Shown here: piece by piece, positions 7,015 to 16,136 of the stretch
Layout: each line of letters starts with the position of its first letter
Numbering within the stretch: position 1 is the stretch's first letter
Assembly (NCBI GenBank): GCA_037443035.1
Contig: JBBIPC010000024.1
Location: forward strand, 1-51,997
Length of the DNA: 51,997 nt
Source: Chthonomonadales bacterium
GTDB lineage: Bacteria > Armatimonadota > Chthonomonadetes > Chthonomonadales > CAJBBX01
Direction of reading: 5' to 3'
Position numbers and translations under genes: made by a program
The notes under the pieces: model-generated
Seen by the model: the letters and a program-made list of their open reading frames with translations, nothing else
Told to the model about the DNA's origin: nothing
The model's database searches: none

Positions 7015-9744
7015 TCAGGGAATACCCCCACTGAGGATCAGGACTTCCTCCATCTCTTCTTCGCCATCCATGCGGATGCTGGGCATCGTCCGCGCTCGAG
7101 CGTAGTCGGGATCCGTCGGATCCTTCGCCTTCTCGGGATCGAAGACGCGCGGGTCCACGGGTACGCACTTGTACGGTCGGTAATCGGGCCTGGTCGTGAA
7201 ACAATCGGAGAAGTCGTTCGCAAGCGCGTCGAACATGTTCAGCGGAGGGAGCCCGAAGATGCTGTAGAGCGTTCGGTGCATGCTGACGATGGTCGTATGC
7301 CGATGGGAGACATATCCCCGTTTGGCCCATGGGCTGACAACCAAGAGGACGCTCCGCTGCGCGTCCACATGGTCGGGTTCGCCACCGGCGTCATCCTGCG
7401 TGATGAAGATGACCATGTTCTTCCAGTAAGGAGTGTGGCTGAGGAATTCCACGATGCGTCCCATGGCCAGGTCATTGTCTGCCATCCACGACGCGACATA
7501 GGGATAACCCTTCTCGGGTCGAGGTCGGGTCCCGTGGTCGTTGCATAGCGCAATATTCAGGAACCGTGGTAACGGCTTGCCTTTGCTGAGATAGTTGCGT
7601 TCGATGTCCTGCATGAACCAGTAGGCTCGGTACTGGTCAGGAATGTTCATGTTGAAGATGGGAAAGTCTCGGCAGGTGTTGTCGAACAACACCTTGGGCA
7701 TGGGTATGTTCACCACCTCACGAGCGCCGGTTCTGTGGGTGCCTTCGTCTTCGAGGACTCCAGGGAATTCGAACCCTTCGCCATAGTTTCGGAACGTGAC
7801 GCCGTGGCGGGCCAGATGTTCCCACATGGATCCGGCCTCAGGATAGTCCTCGGGGATCATGGAACCGTTGGATCCCATGGAATAGAGGCGGCCAGGTGCT
7901 GTGGTGGGAAGACGGAAATCCCACCCGACGGTGTAGGTCATCTGCATGAGGTTGTTCGGCTGGATACCGACGAGCCACCGGTGGCCGACGCCCGACGCCT
8001 CTGGCTCCATGTAGAAGTTGTCGCTGACCGTGAACTGCCTGGCCAAGGCGTTGTGATTCGTCATGACTGGCACGTTCTCCAGCGTCGGCTGTCCCGGGGC
8101 GCTAATGGTCTGGCTCAATCCCCAACGCAGGAGGGAGGGATCGTTGTTCGTGCCCGGTACTCGGTCGAAGATGGTGTCGAAGGTGTGGTTCTCCTTGGTG
8201 ATGAACACGACGTACTTGATTTCCTTCGAGACCCTACCCGGTATTCCCGGAACCAAGGGCGTGGACATCTTCGCGCGCTCGGACGAGCGATCCACCAGTC
8301 CGTTGCAGACGAGCACGGTCTTGGTCAACGCCGGTAGTGCCTTTGCATCGGGAACCTGGGCAACAGTGAGGACGCCTTTCATACCGAGGAAGGGGCTATT
8401 GGGGCGATTCGCGCCTGCGTTCGGGCCGTTTCCGAAGCCACGGAAGCAGATATGCGCCATGAACTTGCCATCCGGCGCAACCACGACGCGGTAGGGATAC
8501 CAGGCCGTCGGGATACGACCCAGGGTCCGCAGACTCACAGCATCGAGCACAGCGATGGAGTTGATGCCCATCTCGGCGACAAAGAGGCGGCGTCCATCAG
8601 GTGAGAGAGCCATACCCGCCGGCGCCACTCCGCGGACTCTGGCCACGAGAGGAGAGGGTATAAGACGCGCGACTGCCACGATCCGGTTCGTTCTTAGATC
8701 GAGCCGCTCGATACGGTCGTTGTTGCCGTTGGAGACCCAAAGGGAACTGCCCCGCGCGATGACGAAGTTCGGCGCGCTGCCACCCACGGTCTTCCCGTTG
8801 TCCGAAATCGCGCCCACCAGCAGGCCCGTTTTCACCTTGCTGATGACCTTGGGATGGTAAGGATCCGTGGCGTCCACTCCCCAAACTGAGAAGCTCTCCG
8901 CGACATTGGGCTCGCCGAGGCCGGGTATGCGACGCCCCTCCACAAACACCCCGTCCCGTGCCTCTTTGCTCGGATAACCGAACGGTGGAAAACTGAGACC
9001 GCGGGGATCCGGAAGCCTGGCGCGACCCTCCTCACCACCGTACGTGTACTCCTTGCCAGGCGGCAGCGGAGGAATGGGCGAGTACTCGAAAAGCCCTATG
9101 TTCGCCACGTAGACACGCTTGCCGAGCGGAGCGAGTGCGTAGGGATAGCGGCCCACACGGACGGTCCCGACAACCTTTCGGGAAGCACTGTCTGCCACCA
9201 CCACCCGGAAGTTGGCCACATCCGCGCAGTAGACGAGCTTGCCGTCCGGCGAGCACTTCACGTCTACTGCGTAGCTATCCTTCCACTCTTTGCCGCCACA
9301 CGGGACATCCAGCGCTATCTCGCCGATGCGCTCTCCAGACGCAGCGTCGAAGACCAGGACGCTGCCGCTGTCGCCCCCGGACCAGTAGAGGGTCTTACCG
9401 TCGGGCGAGAAGTCAGCGCCGCCAGCGTTCTGCTTCGCTCCCTTCTCGGAGACTGGCACAATGGGGCGGATTGTAGGATTGGGCGTGCGCCAGGCCTCCA
9501 CAATTTGACCGATACCGTCGCTAGCCACGAAGAGGGTGGCTCCGTCGCGCGTCATGGCGAGGCCGTAGGGCCACCTGCCGACAGGAAAATGACGACCGAC
9601 CGGTTTCAGCCACCTGCCGTTGGGCAGGATGGTGATGCCCTTGGGGTCATGCCGTGCATACGTGGTGACCGACGGGGCGCGAAGATATGGTGGAGGTGCA
9701 CCGGTGGCCAGAAAAACGGCCAGCAAGGCAGACAGTGAGCTCAT
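7015..9744 (-). CDS. Secreted bifunctional YncE/YVTN beta-propeller + alkaline-phosphatase-superfamily phosphoesterase
   Basis: Signal peptide MSSLSALLAVFLA, 'LPNG..L.P.G' and propeller repeats (P.G.A.SPDG..L.VA). The C-terminal domain has 'IKYVVFITKENHTFD', 'SDNFY....S..GH.W', 'NDH', 'ADNDLA.GR.VE' and 'DDA....DHVD'. RBS GGAG precedes ATG 9744. Confidence 0.85.
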   Translation of the reverse strand: MSSLSALLAVFLATGAPPPYLRAPSVTTYARHDPKGITILPNGRWLKPVGRHFPVGRWPYGLAMTRDGATLFVASDGIGQIVEAWRTPNPTIRPIVPVSEKGAKQNAGGADFSPDGKTLYWSGGDSGSVLVFDAASGERIGEIALDVPCGGKEWKDSYAVDVKCSPDGKLVYCADVANFRVVVADSASRKVVGTVRVGRYPYALAPLGKRVYVANIGLFEYSPIPPLPPGKEYTYGGEEGRARLPDPRGLSFPPFGYPSKEARDGVFVEGRRIPGLGEPNVAESFSVWGVDATDPYHPKVISKVKTGLLVGAISDNGKTVGGSAPNFVIARGSSLWVSNGNNDRIERLDLRTNRIVAVARLIPSPLVARVRGVAPAGMALSPDGRRLFVAEMGINSIAVLDAVSLRTLGRIPTAWYPYRVVVAPDGKFMAHICFRGFGNGPNAGANRPNSPFLGMKGVLTVAQVPDAKALPALTKTVLVCNGLVDRSSERAKMSTPLVPGIPGRVSKEIKYVVFITKENHTFDTIFDRVPGTNNDPSLLRWGLSQTISAPGQPTLENVPVMTNHNALARQFTVSDNFYMEPEASGVGHRWLVGIQPNNLMQMTYTVGWDFRLPTTAPGRLYSMGSNGSMIPEDYPEAGSMWEHLARHGVTFRNYGEGFEFPGVLEDEGTHRTGAREVVNIPMPKVLFDNTCRDFPIFNMNIPDQYRAYWFMQDIERNYLSKGKPLPRFLNIALCNDHGTRPRPEKGYPYVASWMADNDLAMGRIVEFLSHTPYWKNMVIFITQDDAGGEPDHVDAQRSVLLVVSPWAKRGYVSHRHTTIVSMHRTLYSIFGLPPLNMFDALANDFSDCFTTRPDYRPYKCVPVDPRVFDPEKAKDPTDPDYARARTMPSIRMDGEEEMEEVLILSGGIP

Positions 9745-9934
9745 TCTCGTCGCTCCATGCAGCGGTGAGTATTGGGTTACTCTACCCGACGCCGTCGCGA
9801 TGCACGCCGCTATTGGCACGCTCGAACATTCTTGCGATACACTCGAGGGAGAGGATGAAGGTTGGTGGGTCGTAGAAACAGTGGTGATGTCCGCTGCGTG
9901 AGGCACATGGGAACGTATGCGCGGGGAGGGATAC

Positions 9935-12604
9935 ATGGGCAATAGAGCAGTCTTGCGGTGCAACGACAGGGAGTACAGCTACTATCCCCTGGACGGGACA
10001 GGCGTACCACGGGAACGTCTGAAGGCGCTCCCCTACAGCCTCCGCGTGCTACTGGAGAACCTGCTCCGGCATGCGGCAGACGATACGGTCTGTTCGGATG
10101 ACATCCGAGCGTTGATCAACTGGGAGCCGAAGGCTGAGCCGTCCCACGAAATCGCGTTCAGCCCGGCCCGGGTCATCCTCCAGGACTTCACCGGCGTACC
10201 GTGCGTCGTGGACCTTGCAGCCATGCGCGATGCCATGGCCTCGCTCGGAGGCGATCCGCAGAAGATCAACCCGCTCCTCCCTGTCGAGCTGGTCATAGAT
10301 CACTCGGTACAGGTGGATTTCCACGGGAGCCCGGACGCCCTGGAAAAGAACGTCGCCCTGGAGTTCGAGCGCAACAGGGAACGCTACGCGTTTCTCAAGT
10401 GGGGCCAGAAGGCTTTCCGTAACCTCAGGGTAGTGCCGCCGAGTACGGGCATTGTCCACCAGGTGAATCTCGAGTATCTCGCCCGAGTGGTGTGCGTGGA
10501 CGCAGCGCAGGATCCTCCGTGCGTGTACCTGGACACGCTCGTCGGAACCGATTCGCACACGACCATGATCAACGGCCTCGGGGTCCTCGGGTGGGGCGTC
10601 GGTGGTATCGAGGCAGAAGCCGCCATGCTCGGACAGCCCATCTCGATGCTCATTCCCCAGGTTGTCGCAGTGCGGCTCGTCGGCAAGCTCCCTGCTGGAT
10701 CCACCGCAACCGACCTCGTGCTGACCATCACCCAGATGCTCCGTCACTACGGCGTGGTCGGGAAGTTCGTCGAGTTCATAGGCCCTGGTGCCTCGGCGCT
10801 GCCGCTTGCCGACCGGGCCACCATCGCGAACATGGCACCGGAGTACGGGGCGACCTGCGGTTTCTTCCCAGTGGACGCGGAGTCGATCCGTTACTTGGTG
10901 GGTACGGGACGAAGTGCGGGTCATGTGGCCTTGGCGCAGGCCTACCTGGAGGTGCAGGCACTGTTCCGGCAACCGGACGATGTCGAGCCGACCTACACGG
11001 ACGTGCTCGAGTTGGACTTGGGCACCGTACGGCCGTCTGCCGCCGGTCCTAGACGTCCCCAGGATCGCGTGGATCTCAAGGACGTGACAGTGTCCTTCGC
11101 CAAGGCCCTGCCGGAGCTCCGAAAGGCAGGTGTGGATGGCCGGAGCCGCACGAATGCGTTAGGGCTGCTGGATGGTGCCGTTGTCATCGCCGCGATCACG
11201 AGCTGCACGAATACATCCAATCCTTCTGTCATGGTTGCGGCTGGCCTCCTGGCGAAGAAAGCGTTGGAGCGCGGCTTGAAGCTGCGAAAATGGGTGAAAG
11301 CCTCCCTGGCGCCCGGGAGCCGGGTCGTTACCGACTATCTCCGGGCGGCGGACCTCCTGGAACCGCTCCAGGAACTGGGCTTTCATATCGCGGGGTACGG
11401 ATGCACTACCTGTATCGGCAACTCTGGTCCACTTCCCAAGGAGGTGTCGGAAGCAATCGAGCAGGACGGGCTTGTGGTCGCCAGCGTCCTCTCGGGAAAC
11501 CGAAACTTCGAGGGGCGCGTCCAGCAGGAAGTCCGAGCCAACTATCTCATGTCGCCCCCCTTGGTAGTCGCCTACGCGCTAGCCGGCTCTGTAGCAATCA
11601 ACCTGACGCGGCAGCCCCTGGGCATTGACAAGGACGGGGTTCCAGTCATGCTAGAGGAGATCTGGCCGTCAGCCGGCGAAGTCGCCGAGACGGTACGGAA
11701 GTGCGTCAGGGCCGAGCTCTTTGAAGATCGCTATGCCGAGGTCTTCGCTGGCGACGCCAACTGGCAGGCCATTCCCGATGCCGGAGGATCCCTCTACGCA
11801 TGGGATCCGGCATCCACATACATCAAGCGACCGCCATACTTCGAGGGAATGCAGCCGGACCCACCGACGTCGGTTGCGGATGTACGGCACGCTCGTGTGC
11901 TCCTCTATCTGGGTGACAGTATTACAACGGACCATATCTCGCCGGCCGGCGCCATCCGCGCTCAATCGCCGGCGGGGCAGTGGCTATTGGAGCACGGCGT
12001 GACGCAGCAGGAGTTCAACTCCTACGGTTCACGGCGAGGGCACGACGAAGTCATGGTGCGCGGCACATTCGCCAATGTGCGGCTCCGCAACCGCCTGGCA
12101 CCAGAGACCGAGGGCGGTTACACGACCCACATGACCAGCGGCGAAGTCATGACCGTCTTCAAAGCTGCCATGCGGTACCGGGAGGAACGAACTCCGCTTC
12201 TGGTGGTCGCGGGGAAGGAATATGGTTCGGGTTCCAGCCGCGACTGGGCAGCGAAAGGCCCCTTCTTACTGGGTGTCCGGGCCGTGCTCGCCGAGAGCTT
12301 CGAGCGCATTCACCGCTCCAATCTGATCGGTATGGGTATCGCTCCGCTGCAGTTCCTCGCTGGACAGAACGGCGACAGCCTTGGCCTTACAGGGAGGGAG
12401 CGATACAGCATTCTTGGCATGGAGCACGCCCTGAACCAGTCAGACCCAGCAGCCAGACAGGTGGAGGTCGTTGCTGAAGGCGACGGTGGTGTCGTCCGAT
12501 TTCTGACCCTGCTGCGCATTGACACGCCGCGGGAAGCCGAGTATTACCGGCACGGTGGAATCCTGCAGTATGTGCTGAGGCAGTTGCTGAGAAACCCGTC
12601 CTAG
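9935..12604 (+). CDS. acnA: Aconitate hydratase A
   Basis: LPYSLRVLLENLLR, QDFTGVP, DHS, GIVHQVNLE, GTDSHT, the Fe-S ligands SCTNT and GCTTCIGN, SGNRNFEGR, TTDHISPAG and GSSRDWAAKG. RBS GGAGG precedes ATG 9935. Confidence 0.98.
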   Translation: MGNRAVLRCNDREYSYYPLDGTGVPRERLKALPYSLRVLLENLLRHAADDTVCSDDIRALINWEPKAEPSHEIAFSPARVILQDFTGVPCVVDLAAMRDAMASLGGDPQKINPLLPVELVIDHSVQVDFHGSPDALEKNVALEFERNRERYAFLKWGQKAFRNLRVVPPSTGIVHQVNLEYLARVVCVDAAQDPPCVYLDTLVGTDSHTTMINGLGVLGWGVGGIEAEAAMLGQPISMLIPQVVAVRLVGKLPAGSTATDLVLTITQMLRHYGVVGKFVEFIGPGASALPLADRATIANMAPEYGATCGFFPVDAESIRYLVGTGRSAGHVALAQAYLEVQALFRQPDDVEPTYTDVLELDLGTVRPSAAGPRRPQDRVDLKDVTVSFAKALPELRKAGVDGRSRTNALGLLDGAVVIAAITSCTNTSNPSVMVAAGLLAKKALERGLKLRKWVKASLAPGSRVVTDYLRAADLLEPLQELGFHIAGYGCTTCIGNSGPLPKEVSEAIEQDGLVVASVLSGNRNFEGRVQQEVRANYLMSPPLVVAYALAGSVAINLTRQPLGIDKDGVPVMLEEIWPSAGEVAETVRKCVRAELFEDRYAEVFAGDANWQAIPDAGGSLYAWDPASTYIKRPPYFEGMQPDPPTSVADVRHARVLLYLGDSITTDHISPAGAIRAQSPAGQWLLEHGVTQQEFNSYGSRRGHDEVMVRGTFANVRLRNRLAPETEGGYTTHMTSGEVMTVFKAAMRYREERTPLLVVAGKEYGSGSSRDWAAKGPFLLGVRAVLAESFERIHRSNLIGMGIAPLQFLAGQNGDSLGLTGRERYSILGMEHALNQSDPAARQVEVVAEGDGGVVRFLTLLRIDTPREAEYYRHGGILQYVLRQLLRNPS

Positions 12605-12608
12605 CGCT

Positions 12609-12649
12609 TGCCGCAAGCCACCGGGTTCGCAGGAGCCCAGGCAGCGGCA
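12609..12649. terminator. Hairpin between convergent acnA and nuoI (possible bidirectional terminator)
   Basis: Outer stem TGCCGC/GCGGCA and inner stem GGGTTC/GAGCCC in the 46-bp gap, without a U tract. Confidence 0.35.
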
Positions 12650-12650
12650 G

Positions 12651-13184
12651 TTACTGCTGTGATGGCGCGGTAGCTGGCGTCGGGGAAACGGTCGTGCGGC
12701 GTACCGTCATGCGCAGAGGGATCGGTTCCAGCAGCATTTCCTTGGTATAGAGGAAGTCCTGTCGGCTGTAGTCGGCCAACTCGAACTCCTTGCGAAGGAC
12801 GATGGCGCCGGTGGGGCACGCTTCCTGGCAGTATCCACAGAAGACGCAGCGGAGCATGTTGATCTCGTAGCGACGTGCATAGCGCTCGCCCGGCGAATAG
12901 CGCTCCTCGTCGGTATTCTCGGCAGCTTCGACGTAGATGCAGCGCGCAGGACACGCGCCGGCGCACAAGCTGCAGCCGATACACTTCTCCAGGCCATTGT
13001 CGTAGCGGGTCAGATAGTGCCGCCACCGCGTGCGGGGGTATTGCTCGCGGCGTTCTTCGGGATACTCCACAGTGAACTTCGACCGGCTGCGGGTGGCGAG
13101 CATGCGTAGCAGGTGGCTGAGCGTCACCCACAGCCCCTTCACTACGGGGAGGATCACCTGTCTCACGGTTCGCAAAGGGTTCAT
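12651..13184 (-). CDS. nuoI: NADH-quinone oxidoreductase subunit I
   Basis: T.EYPEE, two ferredoxin motifs ([12 protein letters not shown] and [12 protein letters not shown]), and '[16 protein letters not shown]'. Confidence 0.95.
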   Translation of the reverse strand: MNPLRTVRQVILPVVKGLWVTLSHLLRMLATRSRSKFTVEYPEERREQYPRTRWRHYLTRYDNGLEKCIGCSLCAGACPARCIYVEAAENTDEERYSPGERYARRYEINMLRCVFCGYCQEACPTGAIVLRKEFELADYSRQDFLYTKEMLLEPIPLRMTVRRTTVSPTPATAPSQQ

Positions 13185-13222
13185 GGTCTGTCGAGTGCTT
13201 CGCTTTCTATGCAGAAGGGAAG

Positions 13223-13774
13223 CTAGATGCTTAGCTTGCCCGGGAACTCGAGGATCTTACCAGAGCCTGACGCCTTGATCTTCTCCTGTAGCTTCAGGAT
13301 GCCGTAGAGAAGCGCGTCGGGACTGGGCGGACAACCTGGAACATAGACATCCACGGGCACGATCTGATCCACGCCCTGGATGATGGCGTAGTTGTTGTAG
13401 AAACCGCCCGAGGACGCGCACGCTCCCATGGAGATAACCCACTTCGGATTGGCCATCTGGTCGTAGAGGCGCCGGAGTACAGGCCCCATCTTCGTCGAAA
13501 CCCGGCCCGCTACGATCATGACATCTGCCTGACGAGGAGACGAGCGGAAAACCTCGGATCCGAACCGAGCGATGTCGAACCGCGAGGCGACCGTCGCCAT
13601 CATCTCGATGGCGCAACAGGCCAACCCAAACCCCATGGGCCAGAGGCTGTTACGCCGGCCCCAGTTGACCAGCTCTTCCAGCTTGGCGAAGACGAACGGC
13701 GCACCGCCATGGCCTGGTATCGGCGAAGCTACCGACGAGTCATGGACGGCTATCTCCACAATGGATCGTGCCAT
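13223..13774 (-). CDS. nuoB: NADH-quinone oxidoreductase subunit B
   Basis: [34 protein letters not shown] and [10 protein letters not shown] (N2 cluster ligands). Confidence 0.97.
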   Translation of the reverse strand: MARSIVEIAVHDSSVASPIPGHGGAPFVFAKLEELVNWGRRNSLWPMGFGLACCAIEMMATVASRFDIARFGSEVFRSSPRQADVMIVAGRVSTKMGPVLRRLYDQMANPKWVISMGACASSGGFYNNYAIIQGVDQIVPVDVYVPGCPPSPDALLYGILKLQEKIKASGSGKILEFPGKLSI

Positions 13775-13964
13775 ACGTTTCCTACCTTGTTGCTCGGGCT
13801 TCCGCGCCGTGTACTGCAGCGACTATCCTGACGCGGGCTACGCTTCGTTATACCAGACCGACGGCCTACCCGTTCCCTTTTCCCTTCCTGCGCTTGGACC
13901 CCACGCGACGTGGGTACTATGCATGGATGCGTGCCCAACGCCTAGTCCGAGGAGGAGATGCCAG

Positions 13965-16103
13965 ATGCCAGCGATCTGGATGGCCCTATGCATGGCGGTA
14001 TCCGCAGTCAGTAAGCAGGGGGATCCTGTGGTGATTCGCAGCTTTCAGCCAGAGCCGCCCATCTGCAGGGCCATGCGGCCGGCCAGGATCACGGCTGTTG
14101 TCGCCAATCAGAGCGAGACACCCATCACGGTCACAGCGACAATCAGCTTGCCGTCAGGCGTTCGGCTCGTGGGCGCGCCCGCGACGGTGACAGCGCGGGT
14201 CGCTGATTACGACGAGCGAAAACTCACCTGGACTGTAGAAGCCGCGAAGCCCGGTGTGTATCGGCTCGGATGCCAGGCTGGCGACCAGCGCGCTGAAGTG
14301 GCTGTCCGGTTTCTCGACGCGGTGAAGGCTCGGAAGCTCCCGTACATCCCTGAGCCACATCCGGTGCAGACAGACATGCTAATCGGCGCACACAACTGCC
14401 CTCTGTGGGAAGCGGATAAGCCGTTCATGTGGGCCAACGTCCTCAAGCACCCGGAGCGCACGCCGGCGCTCGGTTTCTACGCTCAGGAGAACCCTGAAGT
14501 GGCCGACTGGGAGACGAAGTGGGCTGCCGAGCACGGTGTGAACTTCTTCATCTACTGCTGGTACCGGGATGGGCAGGGCGGCCCCGTCAAGCAGAAGTTC
14601 GGCAGCGCGATCCACGACGCGTTCTTCAAGTCCCGTTTTCAGAAGCACATGAAGTTCACCATTATGTGGGAGAACCAGGCGCGGGGCACTGCTGGTGTGA
14701 GCGACGAGCATGACCTGATGGAGAACCTGCTTCCCTTCTGGATCGAGAACTACTTCAGACATCCCAGTTACCTGAAGGTGGACGGCAAGCCCCTGCTGTT
14801 CATCTACAGGCCCGAGTTCCTAGTGGACGATCTCGGCGGCGTAGAGAACGTCCGTCGCGCCTTCGACAAGATGCGTCAGGCGTGCAAGGAGGCTGGCTTT
14901 CGGGGACTGTGGATTCTCGGGGAGTACCGAGGTCTGGATCCGAGGCACCTGGAGTTGATGAAGAACCTGGGTCTGGACTATACGTTCGCCTACTGCTGGC
15001 CCATCCCTGGCAGCCCTCCGCCGGAACGCGCTATCTCAGCCCAGATGGAGTACATCCGCAAGACGCAGGAGCTGGGCATCCTACCGCAGGTCATCACCGT
15101 GTCGCAAGCATGGAGCGGTTGGGCGGATGAAGGAAGCATCTGGAAGATCCCGCCTGACGGGTTCGAGAAGCTCCTGCGGTGGGTCAAGCAGTTCGCGCGG
15201 ACATTGCCGAGCACCGAACTAGGCAGTCGGATGATATTGCTGGATAACTGGAACGAGTGGGGCGAGGGGCATTATATCGCACCCTACAGGGAGTACGGTT
15301 TCGGCTATCTCGACGCCGTGCGTCGCGTGTTCTCTGCGGCCCCCGAGCGACACGAGGACCTGATACCCGAGGACATCGGCATGGGCCCCTATGACAGGCC
15401 CTACCGCGCGTTCGCGGAGCGGGAGGAGCAACTCCGTCGGCTGGGTTCGCGCAAGGTGACGGCTCCTAGCGCCGCGAAGGAGAAGGGACTCATCGGCTGG
15501 TGGACCTTCGACGAAGCGAAGGATGCGCCCGTGGCTCTGGACTATTCGGGCCATCGGCTGGGCGGTGTGCTGCACAAGGCCGCCAGGGCACAGGGACGGA
15601 CTGGCTTAGCGCTCCTGTGCAACGGTGGATGCGTCCTCATCGGCAACCATGCCAGCCTCAACCCCGCCCAGGGGCTGACCATCGAGTGCTGGGTAGAGAC
15701 GGACAAACGGGACCAAACGAACCACTGGATGGTGAACCGCATTCTCCAGGGCGGCACTTCTACGGGATACCGCCTAGGGTTGCTGCATGACAGGCCGTGC
15801 TTCGAAGTGCCCGTCACGGATTGGAGCCACCATCTGACGGCGCCGGATCCCCTGCCGCTTGGTCGGTGGGTGCACCTGGCGGGCACGTTCGACGGACAAG
15901 TCATGCGGCTATACGTGGACGGTCATGAAGTCGCGACGATGGAACGTCCCGGCCCGGTGCGTTCGAACAACTTCCGCCTCTGCCTCGGCTCGTACGACGC
16001 AGACCATGCTGCCCACTTCACGGGCCTGCTGGACGATGTCAGGCTCTACGGAAGGGCTCTGGCCGAAGAGGAAATCCGCTCCCATGCTGCGGCCAGGCCG
16101 TGA
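13965..16103 (+). CDS. Secreted GH99-like/WbsX-family glycoside hydrolase with an N-terminal Ig-like domain and a C-terminal LamG domain
   Basis: RBS GAGGAGG and a signal peptide. Catalytic domain has 'P.LGFY', 'G..FF.YCWY', 'YLKVDGKP...IYRP' and 'NWNEWGEGH'. LamG motifs are 'GWWTFDE', 'GRWVHLAGTFDG..MRLYVDG' and 'F.G.LDDVRLY.RAL'. Confidence 0.8.
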   Translation: MPAIWMALCMAVSAVSKQGDPVVIRSFQPEPPICRAMRPARITAVVANQSETPITVTATISLPSGVRLVGAPATVTARVADYDERKLTWTVEAAKPGVYRLGCQAGDQRAEVAVRFLDAVKARKLPYIPEPHPVQTDMLIGAHNCPLWEADKPFMWANVLKHPERTPALGFYAQENPEVADWETKWAAEHGVNFFIYCWYRDGQGGPVKQKFGSAIHDAFFKSRFQKHMKFTIMWENQARGTAGVSDEHDLMENLLPFWIENYFRHPSYLKVDGKPLLFIYRPEFLVDDLGGVENVRRAFDKMRQACKEAGFRGLWILGEYRGLDPRHLELMKNLGLDYTFAYCWPIPGSPPPERAISAQMEYIRKTQELGILPQVITVSQAWSGWADEGSIWKIPPDGFEKLLRWVKQFARTLPSTELGSRMILLDNWNEWGEGHYIAPYREYGFGYLDAVRRVFSAAPERHEDLIPEDIGMGPYDRPYRAFAEREEQLRRLGSRKVTAPSAAKEKGLIGWWTFDEAKDAPVALDYSGHRLGGVLHKAARAQGRTGLALLCNGGCVLIGNHASLNPAQGLTIECWVETDKRDQTNHWMVNRILQGGTSTGYRLGLLHDRPCFEVPVTDWSHHLTAPDPLPLGRWVHLAGTFDGQVMRLYVDGHEVATMERPGPVRSNNFRLCLGSYDADHAAHFTGLLDDVRLYGRALAEEEIRSHAAARP

Positions 16104-16136
16104 GCGACGGAAGCCGGCCCACTCGCCAGTGTCGGC

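Noticed and set aside
9813..9843. TGGCAC...TTGC upstream of acnA as a sigma54 promoter
   Set aside because: Spacing is 12 nt rather than the strict 5 nt. The sigma70 alternative (TTGGCA-19-TACACT) is also weak.
10049..10972. 307-aa minus-strand ORF
   Set aside because: Antisense shadow of acnA.
13572..13964. N-terminal extension of the GH99-like ORF overlapping nuoB (similar extensions at 9745-9963, 34925-35131, 42596-42739, 46041-46232 and 48658-48933)
   Set aside because: Longest-ORF artefacts. Downstream starts have an RBS, a signal peptide or a family-typical N-terminus and avoid overlaps.
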